Below, in pieces: positions 1 to 9,022 of a stretch of 24,839 nt of DNA. The translations under genes were made by a program, and so were the position numbers. Within the stretch, counting starts at the first letter, position 1. Each line of letters begins with the position of its first letter. Source of the stretch: Capsulimonadales bacterium (GTDB lineage Bacteria; Armatimonadota; Armatimonadia; Armatimonadales; Armatimonadaceae); assembly GCA_033762295.1 (NCBI GenBank), contig JANRLW010000012.1, positions 1-24,839 on the forward strand. Direction: 5' to 3'. Under the pieces are notes generated by a model that worked only from the letters and a program-made list of their open reading frames with translations, ran no database searches and was not told where the DNA came from.

Positions 1-30
1 AGCGCAGGCAAGTTGCCTGCGCTCTTTTTC
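1..30. terminator. Intrinsic terminator-like hairpin downstream of groEL, possibly bidirectional
   Basis: AGCGCAGGCA-AGT-TGCCTGCGCT is a perfect 10-bp stem followed by CTTTTTT on the + strand. The U-tract for the minus-strand groEL transcript would lie outside the window. Confidence 0.75.
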
Positions 31-55
31 AGGGTTCCGTATGGGAAGGACGGGT

Positions 56-1985
<1,930 letters not shown>

Positions 1986-2052
1986 CTGCGGATACCTCCT
2001 GCGCAGGGTAAAAATCGATGGTTCGAATGGTGGCCGACCGCACGCAGCGATT

Positions 2053-2079
2053 TTAGCACTCGCCGCTATTGTCTGCCAA
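2053..2079. promoter_or_regulatory. CIRCE element (HrcA operator)
   Basis: TTAGCACTC-N9-GTCTGCCAA: one arm matches the CIRCE consensus perfectly and the other 6/9 (vs GAGTGCTAA). It lies just downstream of the groESL -10 box. Confidence 0.9.
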
Positions 2080-2088
2080 CCGAGAGGG

Positions 2089-2117
2089 ATAATACCAAAC
2101 CGGACGCGAATTTTCAA
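2089..2117 (-). promoter_or_regulatory. Sigma70-type groESL promoter
   Basis: Minus strand TTGAAA-17 nt-TATTAT with a TGn extended -10, immediately upstream of CIRCE. Confidence 0.85.
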
Positions 2118-2135
2118 GACCCGACCTGAGGAAAG

Positions 2136-2495
2136 TTAGGATTTCTTCGGAAGATTTGCGTGCGTCGGCGCGGAGTCCGGCCGGGAGGGCAGCGCTTTGC
2201 GGGTTGGCCAGGGGGACGCGGCGCGGTTCGGGACGGGCGTCGGCCGACCGGCCGGGAGAATCAGCGGCGGGCGGTCCGCGTCACCGGCATGGTGAAGTTC
2301 GGCGGCCGCCTGCGCGACCATGCCGACAAAGACCTCATAGCAGAACGAGCAACCCATCCGTCCGGTATCGTGGAGTTCCCGCGCCGTCAGGCCGCAACGA
2401 GTACAGACCAGACGCGCGTCGATACTGCCACCGGCGGCGGAGGCGGGCGAGGAGGCGGAGGGCTTACCGGAGGATTGCATCGAGGCCGTCCCCAT
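2136..2495 (-). CDS. McsA-like CxxC zinc-finger protein (central module only)
   Basis: CTRCGLTARELHDTGRMGCSFCYEVF matches the McsA central CxxCGxT...GRxGCxxCY..F motif. It lacks the N-terminal CxxC pair and the UVR domain. AGGAG lies 5 nt before the ATG. Confidence 0.7.
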   Translation of the reverse strand: MGTASMQSSGKPSASSPASAAGGSIDARLVCTRCGLTARELHDTGRMGCSFCYEVFVGMVAQAAAELHHAGDADRPPLILPAGRPTPVPNRAASPWPTRKALPSRPDSAPTHANLPKKS

Positions 2496-2594
2496 TATAA
2501 CTCCTGCGGGCGGTCGCTGCCATCCGGCGCAATTACGGGAACCGAAGCCCGTCCGCGGGATACTTGCTCTCGATTCCCTTTCCGGAGAAGGCTC

Positions 2595-2846
2595 ATGTTA
2601 TTCGAAGACGGAGGAAGCGTCGTCGTTCAACCGTCGACGCTCGGCGGTTTTATGGCGATCGTTCCGACACAGAAACTGGACACGCTCCTGTCCCAACTCG
2701 AGTCGACCGATATCAAGTACGAGATGGAGGAGAACTTTATGAATATCGACGATATGAACGAGGACATGACGACCGCCACCGTCATGTCCTTCGGCCCGGA
2801 CGTCGATGTCGTCCAACTGCAAAGTATCCTCGACCACATCGATTGA
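2595..2846 (+). CDS. Small acidic hypothetical protein (83 aa)
   Basis: ATG 2595 follows GGAGAAGG. The sequence is protein-like (MLFEDGG...LQSILDHID) and fills the gap between divergent and convergent neighbours. Confidence 0.75.
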   Translation: MLFEDGGSVVVQPSTLGGFMAIVPTQKLDTLLSQLESTDIKYEMEENFMNIDDMNEDMTTATVMSFGPDVDVVQLQSILDHID

Positions 2847-2871
2847 GCGATCCGCGGATCGAGCCGGGACG

Positions 2872-4293
2872 TTACTTCGCCAGTTCGTAGATGGCGTGGG
2901 CGTAGATACGGACACACTGCAGAAGGCGATCGACCCGGATGCGTTCGTCGGCGCGATGCGCGACCTCCGGGTCTTCCGGCATGCCCGGTCCGAACGCCAC
3001 GCCGACCGGCGCGACACTGGTCGCGTAGGTGCGTCCTCCCATCGCCAGCGGCTCCCGCAGGTCACCGGTCTGTTCGCGATAGACCCGCAGCAGGGTTTTC
3101 ACCGGCTCCCGATCCTGCGGAACGTAGAGCGACGGGGTATGCGACCGGTGACAGATCGACCAGCCGGAGGACGCCAGGGCGGCGGCGAACCGCCCGATCG
3201 TGGCCTCTCCATCCCAGGTGACCGGGTACCGGACGTTGAACGTCGCCCGTACCGTTCCCGTATCGAGGTGGACGATCCCGAGGTTGGACGTCAGCGGCGT
3301 GCCGATACCGTCGGTTCCGGCGATATCCAGGGCGCTTCCGTCGGGCGCGGCGCGCCGCGTCAGATCCTCCATCCAGGCGAAGTCGGTGCCGGAGAGGTCA
3401 TCGAACGCCGAGGAGTTGTCCGTCAGCGCGCGCATCAGGACCACCGCCGCGTTCGTTCCTTCCTGCGGGCTTGCGCCATGAGCGGAAACGCCCCGCGCAT
3501 GGACGACCAGCGTATCGCCGTCGGTCGATACCGTGATATTCGGCATCCGGGCCAGCACATGCGCGGCCAGGTCGCGAACCTCGGCATCCCCGCGCAGACG
3601 GGCGACCGCTTCGTCGGGCACCATGTTGGCGCGCAGGCCGGCATGAAACGAGGAGACATACAGGGAGCGACCGGCATCTTCGGGAACCGGGCGTTCGACG
3701 ACACCGGTGAAGGAGCCTTTCTCCGCGTAGACCAGGGGAAAATCGGCGTCAGGAGTGAAAGCGACGGTCGGTTTGACCTGGCCGGCCGCCCCGAAGTAAT
3801 GCTCCATGCACTTCCAGTCCGATTCCTCATCGCAGCCGAAGATCAAGCGGACTTTCCGTGTCAACGGAATTCCCGCGTTGCGGGTGACATCGAGAACCGC
3901 CCGCGCGGCGAAAAGAGCGGCATAGGTGGGACCCTTGTCGTCACTGGCCCCCCGTCCGAAAAGCCATCCGTCCTCGATCAGGCCGCCCCAGGGATCGACG
4001 GTCCAGTCTTTTCCCGGCGGAACGACATCCAGGTGGCCGAGAACGCCGACGATCTCCTCGCCTTCACCGAATTCCGCATGACCGGCGAACCCGTCAAAGT
4101 TCTCCGTTCGCATTCCGAGTGTTCGGCATAACGTCAGCGTATGTTCGAGGGCGTCCGCGACGGGTTGCCCGAAGGGAGCGTTGGTTCCGGCGGTCGGGAG
4201 GTCTTTGACGCTGGGAATGCGCAGAACTTCCTGAATCGCCCGGACGATTTCTTCGGCATGAGCGTCAACCCATGCATCCATTTCCGTTCTCAA
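2872..4293 (-). CDS. pepV: M20 family metallo-dipeptidase (PepV/Sapep-like)
   Basis: GHLDVVP, GRGASDDKG, GCDEES, PDADFP, EKG, SAHGA, GGRTYA and AHRADE motifs with a large lid domain. TTG start behind GGGAGAAG; alternative ATG at 4281. Confidence 0.88.
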   Translation of the reverse strand: MRTEMDAWVDAHAEEIVRAIQEVLRIPSVKDLPTAGTNAPFGQPVADALEHTLTLCRTLGMRTENFDGFAGHAEFGEGEEIVGVLGHLDVVPPGKDWTVDPWGGLIEDGWLFGRGASDDKGPTYAALFAARAVLDVTRNAGIPLTRKVRLIFGCDEESDWKCMEHYFGAAGQVKPTVAFTPDADFPLVYAEKGSFTGVVERPVPEDAGRSLYVSSFHAGLRANMVPDEAVARLRGDAEVRDLAAHVLARMPNITVSTDGDTLVVHARGVSAHGASPQEGTNAAVVLMRALTDNSSAFDDLSGTDFAWMEDLTRRAAPDGSALDIAGTDGIGTPLTSNLGIVHLDTGTVRATFNVRYPVTWDGEATIGRFAAALASSGWSICHRSHTPSLYVPQDREPVKTLLRVYREQTGDLREPLAMGGRTYATSVAPVGVAFGPGMPEDPEVAHRADERIRVDRLLQCVRIYAHAIYELAK

Positions 4294-4342
4294 TCGATTG
4301 TCTTCTCCCTCATCGGATGGTTTTTAATCCGCGTTGTCGATT

Positions 4343-4371
4343 ATTATAGCGTGACGGTTGCATTTCGGGAA
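4343..4371 (-). promoter_or_regulatory. Candidate sigma70 promoter for the dipeptidase gene
   Basis: TTCCCG-17 nt-TATAAT on the minus strand, in an AT-rich divergent intergenic region. Confidence 0.55.
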
Positions 4372-4484
4372 AATTTTCGGGGCGGAGGCGACCGAAACAC
4401 TTTTCTTTTTCCTGTTCTTCTGCTAAACTACGGGCGTCACCGTATCGCGCGGTGTACCGGAATCGAGAGGAGATAGTCCTAAAT

Positions 4485-4703
4485 ATGGTAATGCGTCGTC
4501 TGACCGCCGTTCTGGCGGGTCTTGCGGGTCTGCTGCTTTTCGTCGCTATGGGTTGTGAATCTGCGCCGCAGGAAGGCGCTTCCCCGTCCGCTCCTGCCGC
4601 CGGTGCCGCTCCGGCTGCTGGCACGGCTCCGGCCGAAGGCGCAGCCGCTCCTGCCGGTGGCGCCGCTCCGGCCGCCCCTCCGGGACCGGCCACCGACAAG
4701 TAA
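4485..4703 (+). CDS. Small Ala/Pro/Gly-rich putative lipoprotein (72 aa)
   Basis: MVMRR, then a hydrophobic stretch, then AMG|C lipobox-like site. The mature part is low complexity. GAGAGGAG upstream; strong terminator downstream. Confidence 0.75.
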   Translation: MVMRRLTAVLAGLAGLLLFVAMGCESAPQEGASPSAPAAGAAPAAGTAPAEGAAAPAGGAAPAAPPGPATDK

Positions 4704-4727
4704 TCGCTCTTCGGCCCCGCCGAACCG

Positions 4728-4768
4728 AAAAAAACCGATCCGCTCCGGCGGATCGGTTTTTCTTTTTT
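4728..4768. terminator. Bidirectional intrinsic terminator
   Basis: AAAAAAA-CCGATCCG-ctccgg-CGGATCGG-TTTTTCTTTTTT between convergent genes. Confidence 0.9.
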
Positions 4769-5636
4769 ACGGCGTGTTTCGGAAGAACGTCCGGCAGAGC
4801 GCATGACTGACCCGGGCGACCGCTTCCGCGCCGCGATGTGCGGGAGTCCAGACGGTGTCCGGACACCCTTGGGAATAGATACAGACCGCCAGTGCGTCCT
4901 CGCCACGGCGAATGATCCCCGCGTCGTTGCGGACCCCGACGACCGCGCCCGGTTTATGGGCTACCGTGAACGCTGCCGCTCCCGCCCGGACGTCCGACGC
5001 ATAAAAATTGACATCGAGGTACCGGGGCAGCATCTCGGCGTCGTGGACCATCGCCAGATACCGCTCGACCGCCGTGGAAATCGCCGCGTCCGTCAGAGTC
5101 CGCCGGGCGACCGATGCCATGAAATGACACATGTCCGCCGGGGTGCCGGTCGCCGTATGCGGAGGATCGTCCGGCATCAGACGGAATTTGATCGGGCGAT
5201 GAATCCGGGTGTCGGGCATGCCCCAGTCCTCCCGCAGACGGCGATTGACCGCGTCCGGACCGCCCGCCGCCCGTAAACAGAGGTTGGAGGCCGTGTTATC
5301 CGAGAGCTTGATCGCCAGCACGGCGAGATCCGCCAGGGAAAGCGTCAACCCGGGAGCCAGATGGGCCAGAACTCCCGATCCGCCGACCTGATCCTCCGCC
5401 CCAACAACGATCCCACGCTCTTTCGCCGCGGCCTCCGGATCGGGTAAATCCGCCAGCGACGACAGCAAGGCGGCCAGTATCGGCGCCTTGATGACGCTGG
5501 CGGTGGGAAATTCGATATCCGACCCGTAGTCGAACCGCTCTCCCGTCCCCAGGAAGACGGCCGCAACTCCCAGAACGCCTCCGTCTAGCGTTTTCTCAAT
5601 GGCGCGAACCGCATCGACCAGCTCTGTCCCCCCCAT
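4767..5636 (-). CDS. Serine hydrolase, class A beta-lactamase-related (Beta-lactamase2 family)
   Basis: FPTASVIK (SxxK), LSDNTASN (SxN), HKPG and RNDAG motifs. No signal peptide. AAAGGAAG RBS. Confidence 0.85.
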   Translation of the reverse strand: MGGTELVDAVRAIEKTLDGGVLGVAAVFLGTGERFDYGSDIEFPTASVIKAPILAALLSSLADLPDPEAAAKERGIVVGAEDQVGGSGVLAHLAPGLTLSLADLAVLAIKLSDNTASNLCLRAAGGPDAVNRRLREDWGMPDTRIHRPIKFRLMPDDPPHTATGTPADMCHFMASVARRTLTDAAISTAVERYLAMVHDAEMLPRYLDVNFYASDVRAGAAAFTVAHKPGAVVGVRNDAGIIRRGEDALAVCIYSQGCPDTVWTPAHRGAEAVARVSHALCRTFFRNTP

Positions 5637-6556
5637 GTCTTCCTTTCGACCGCCGGGGCAGGGTCCGTATTGGCAACTGCCGCAGCCAGAAAATCGACCA
5701 GACGTCGCGTTCCGACCGGCGGCGCGACGCTATTGGATAGATTCACTTTAGCATAATAATCCGCCAGTTCGCCAAGGCGACGATCCGCCAGACCGATCAG
5801 GGGGGCGATCGGAAGGGAACGTACCAGATTTTCATCGATACGCCAGAACTTCGCCGGCTTGCCGACCGCCGCGAAGATCGCTTCGCCCAGTTCCTTTCGG
5901 GTCATCATGTCCGGGCCGCCCGCCGCTATGTCCTGCGCCGATTCCGAAGAGACGATCGTATCCGCGGCCAGCGCCGCCAGATCCCGGTCGTCGATCGGAT
6001 TCGTAAACGTCTCTCCGTACCCGAAAAGGGGCAGACGACCCCGCCGCGCCTGATCGAGCAGGGGCAAAAACGAGGAGAAAAACGGGGTCGGACGCAGAAC
6101 GCCGTACTCCATGCCCGAGTCACGGAGGCAGTCCGCGACCGCCTGGTGCGCCCGGATATAGGAGGTGTCGGCATAACCGGGCGCGGAGAAGGCGGACACA
6201 TAGACGAAGCGGCGGACGCCGTTCGCCGAGGCGCGTTCGCACAGAGCGCGGTTCAATCGGTAGTCGATGTCATGAAACGACGTGCCGACGCCGTCGGGAC
6301 GGAACCGGAGGCTGCTGCCCAGAGCGGAAAAGACTACGTCGATGCGACCGGCGAACGCCGTCGCCATTCCCTCGCCCGTTTCGAGATCGCAGGCGACGAT
6401 ATCGTCCGCCCGGAGTTCGGCGGCGTCCCGCCGATGCCGGGTCATCGCCCGGACCCGGATGTTTCGCTCCTTCAGTTCCCGAACGACAAGCCGTCCGAGG
6501 TTGCCGGTTGCCCCCGCGACAAGAACACGGAGGTTCGGCTCATTGATTGCTGCCAT
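5585..6556 (-). CDS. Atypical SDR / NAD(P)H-binding oxidoreductase (NmrA/DVR-like superfamily)
   Basis: VLVAGATGNLG Rossmann motif, FVYVS, LRPTPFF and NPIDDRDLA. Start placed at ATG 6556 (MAAINEP). Confidence 0.85.
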   Translation of the reverse strand: MAAINEPNLRVLVAGATGNLGRLVVRELKERNIRVRAMTRHRRDAAELRADDIVACDLETGEGMATAFAGRIDVVFSALGSSLRFRPDGVGTSFHDIDYRLNRALCERASANGVRRFVYVSAFSAPGYADTSYIRAHQAVADCLRDSGMEYGVLRPTPFFSSFLPLLDQARRGRLPLFGYGETFTNPIDDRDLAALAADTIVSSESAQDIAAGGPDMMTRKELGEAIFAAVGKPAKFWRIDENLVRSLPIAPLIGLADRRLGELADYYAKVNLSNSVAPPVGTRRLVDFLAAAVANTDPAPAVERKTWGGQSWSMRFAPLRKR

Positions 6557-6720
6557 AATCGTTCTCTCAACCCTTGCGCTTTCCGTTCGATGATCCGACC
6601 GCTGACGGCATCGACAGCAGGGGAGACAGGTATTTTTCCTGTGCCTTTGAAAGGAGTACACATATTTGCGGTATCGGGTTTCGAAAACTTCGACAGCGCG
6701 GTTCCGGGCGGGAGAGGACC

Positions 6721-8454
6721 CTATGCCCTGTCGCTTTCCCCTTCCTCACCGTCGCCCGGCTCCATGGCGAACGGCGATACCGGGAGAGGTTCGACGACCG
6801 GCCCGTCGGCATTCTTCGGGGTCGGAAGGAACGGTGGCTCCAGCACATGGGGCAGCGCGGGCGCGTTGTCCGGCGACGGCAGCGCCGGAGGAACCGAGGA
6901 GAAGACCTGGCGACCCTGCGAGTCGAGCCGCTCGGCGTATTCGGTCCGGATGATCTCCTCCATGCTTTCGGCCGGGAGCGAGGACGTGGCGCGCGCCCGG
7001 GTCTCCGCCCATTCGCGCAGACGGTCGATGCTCTCGCTCATCGTCACCGCCAGAGGGACGGTCGCCCGGACCGATTTCAGAATGTCGTCGGTGTTCAGTT
7101 CGCGATGATCTTCGTGGAACGCGTTGAACAGCGCTTCGATGACCGTCTGTTCGATCTCCGCGCCGGAGAAACCGACGCTCGCGGCGGCCAGAGCGTCCAG
7201 ATCGAAATTCTTCGGGTCGCGTCCTCGCTTTTTCAGGTGGATGGCGAAGATTTCGCGCCGTTCCGGGATCGCGGGCAGGTCCACGAAGAAGATTTCGTCA
7301 AAGCGGCCTTTGCGCATCATTTCCGGCGGCAACTGGGAAACATCGTTGGAGGTGGCGACGACGAAACAGGGCGACGTCTTATCGGAAAGCCAGGTCAGGA
7401 ACGTGCTGAAGACGCGTGAGGTCGTTCCGCCGTCCGACATCCCCGAACTCTGCGTCCCGGCAAACCCCTTCTCCAGTTCGTCGAGCCAGAGAATGCAGGG
7501 CGCGACCGATTCCGCCGTAGAAATCGCTTTGCGCATATTCTCCTCGGAGGAGCCGACGATCCCGGCGAAGACCTTGCCGACGTCCAGGCGGAGCAGGGGG
7601 AGCCGCCAGAGCGATGCGATGGCCTTGGCGGTCAGCGACTTGCCGCAGCCCTGGACGCCGAGCAGCAGGATGCCGCGCGGTTCGGGAAGGCCGTATTTTC
7701 GCGCCTCCTCAGTGAACGACGCGGTGCGCTGGCCCATCCAACCTTTGAGAAGATCCAGTCCGCCGACATTGCTAAACGCCTCGCTCGCCCGGTAGTACTC
7801 CAGAATCCCCGATTTGCGGATAATCTGTTCCTTTTCGGAGAGGATGACGTCGACATCGAACGCCCGTTTTTCCACCAGCGATTTGGCGAAAACGTTCTCA
7901 GCCTCGTTGGAAGTCAGACCCGACGCCGCTTTCAGGACCTGCTCCCGCTCCAGCGGCGTCAGGTCGGTTTTCAATTGCGGCGTCGACTTGACCGACTGGA
8001 TGATCCCCTCGAGAAGGCGATCCAGGTCCCGTTGCGTCGGCAGTTGATAGTCGACGACGGTTATCTCCTTCTCCAGTTCGGGGGGAAGTTTCAGCAGCGG
8101 GGAAAGAACAACCAGCGTTTTGTACGACGTTTTCAGGACGTAGATCAGGTCGCGCAAACGGCGGGTCACGGCCACATCGGTGATGAACGGATGGAAATCC
8201 TTGAGCACGAAGACGCTCTGGTCCGGGGCGTTCATAATGTAATCCAGAGCGGCCAGAGGGTCGCGGGAGGCGACGTTACCGGCCATTCCGGTCGTGTACG
8301 TCCAGAGCAGCATCTTTTTTCCGCGCCGCTGGCAGATTTCGCGCAACGTCTCCTCGACACGGCGCTCCTCCCAGGAGACGATATAGATGATCGGGTAGCG
8401 GGCGCGAATCAGCGTTTCGAGTTCGACATCAACGGTGGGGCGGTCGGAAGCCAA
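6721..8454 (-). CDS. AAA+ ATPase, Ycf46/SpoVK-like
   Basis: N-terminal IRARYPIIYIVSWEERR and LKDFH degenerate domain; VGGLDLLK; Walker A GVQGCGKS; Walker B LWLDE; RKGRFDEIFFVDLP. TTG start behind GAAGGAG. Confidence 0.92.
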   Translation of the reverse strand: MASDRPTVDVELETLIRARYPIIYIVSWEERRVEETLREICQRRGKKMLLWTYTTGMAGNVASRDPLAALDYIMNAPDQSVFVLKDFHPFITDVAVTRRLRDLIYVLKTSYKTLVVLSPLLKLPPELEKEITVVDYQLPTQRDLDRLLEGIIQSVKSTPQLKTDLTPLEREQVLKAASGLTSNEAENVFAKSLVEKRAFDVDVILSEKEQIIRKSGILEYYRASEAFSNVGGLDLLKGWMGQRTASFTEEARKYGLPEPRGILLLGVQGCGKSLTAKAIASLWRLPLLRLDVGKVFAGIVGSSEENMRKAISTAESVAPCILWLDELEKGFAGTQSSGMSDGGTTSRVFSTFLTWLSDKTSPCFVVATSNDVSQLPPEMMRKGRFDEIFFVDLPAIPERREIFAIHLKKRGRDPKNFDLDALAAASVGFSGAEIEQTVIEALFNAFHEDHRELNTDDILKSVRATVPLAVTMSESIDRLREWAETRARATSSLPAESMEEIIRTEYAERLDSQGRQVFSSVPPALPSPDNAPALPHVLEPPFLPTPKNADGPVVEPLPVSPFAMEPGDGEEGESDRA

Positions 8455-8527
8455 GGGATTTCTCCTTCAACGAGCGTCGGCCCACGTCGACGGTCGAAGA
8501 ACGTTGAGACGCGGGCCGGTCCGTTTC

Positions 8528-8567
8528 ATTATAAGAGGATATACCCGATGCGGCAAGAACCGAATCC
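8528..8567 (-). promoter_or_regulatory. Overlapping sigma70 and possible SigB/SigF-type promoters for the AAA ATPase
   Basis: TTGCCG-17-TATAAT (8556-8528) and GGATT-16-GGGTAT (8567-8541) on the minus strand. Confidence 0.6.
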
Positions 8568-8584
8568 CGGACGTCAGGCGGACA

Positions 8585-8935
8585 TCAGGCGGACGCGGGG
8601 TCGGCAAACGATGCCAGAGCCTGAGGCACGGTATCGTAGATGGTCAGAACCCGGTGCATCCGAACCAGTTCGAACATGACGCGGACCCGTTTCTGAACGC
8701 AGCAAAGCTTCAGGTCGCCGCCGACCCCGGTCAGTTCCCGCAGCACGGAAAGCAAGGCGCCCAGGCCGGAACTGTCGACAAAGCTGATGGAGGACAGGTC
8801 CAGGATCGCTTTTTTGTATTCCGCCGTGACGGCAAGCATCATCTGTTTGAAGTCGCTGGTCGTGCTCAGGTCCAGCTTCTCCAGCGGAAGACGAACGACG
8901 ACGATATCTCCTGTCACCTCCGTTTGCGCAGTCAT
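8585..8935 (-). CDS. STAS-domain anti-sigma factor antagonist (RsbV/SpoIIAA-like)
   Basis: 116 aa; ILDLSSISFVDSSGLGAL contains the conserved phospho-Ser; AAAGGAGG RBS. Confidence 0.95.
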   Translation of the reverse strand: MTAQTEVTGDIVVVRLPLEKLDLSTTSDFKQMMLAVTAEYKKAILDLSSISFVDSSGLGALLSVLRELTGVGGDLKLCCVQKRVRVMFELVRMHRVLTIYDTVPQALASFADPASA

Positions 8936-9022
8936 GGGAGGTCCTCCTTTGGAAACGTTTTCGCGGTAACGACGCTACAAATGCACTGTATCATGTCTGC
9001 CTGACCTTCGACCTCTCGGGAA

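Noticed and set aside
1986..2117. N-terminal extension of GroES in the ORF track
   Set aside because: It spans the promoter and CIRCE; the real RBS precedes ATG 1985.
2848..2861. 14-bp palindrome CGATCCGCGGATCG between convergent genes
   Set aside because: Too short and without a U-tract; cannot be supported as a terminator or operator.
2806..4131. Long alternative ORFs (also 11487-12704, 14056-15567, 22865-24316)
   Set aside because: They overlap well-supported genes and give Arg/Pro/Gly-rich, motif-free translations expected in GC-rich DNA.
4767..5636. Calling this an antibiotic-resistance beta-lactamase
   Set aside because: No signal peptide and no ExxLN motif.
5585..6556. Divinyl chlorophyllide reductase / photosynthesis link (with Ycf46 and phytochrome-type HK)
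   Set aside because: Only superfamily-level resemblance; no pigment genes in the window; all three families are widespread in non-phototrophs.
8998..9016. AGGTCGA-AGGTCAG resembling a CtsR heptad repeat
   Set aside because: Wrong spacing, mismatches to GGTCAAA, and not upstream of a heat-shock gene.
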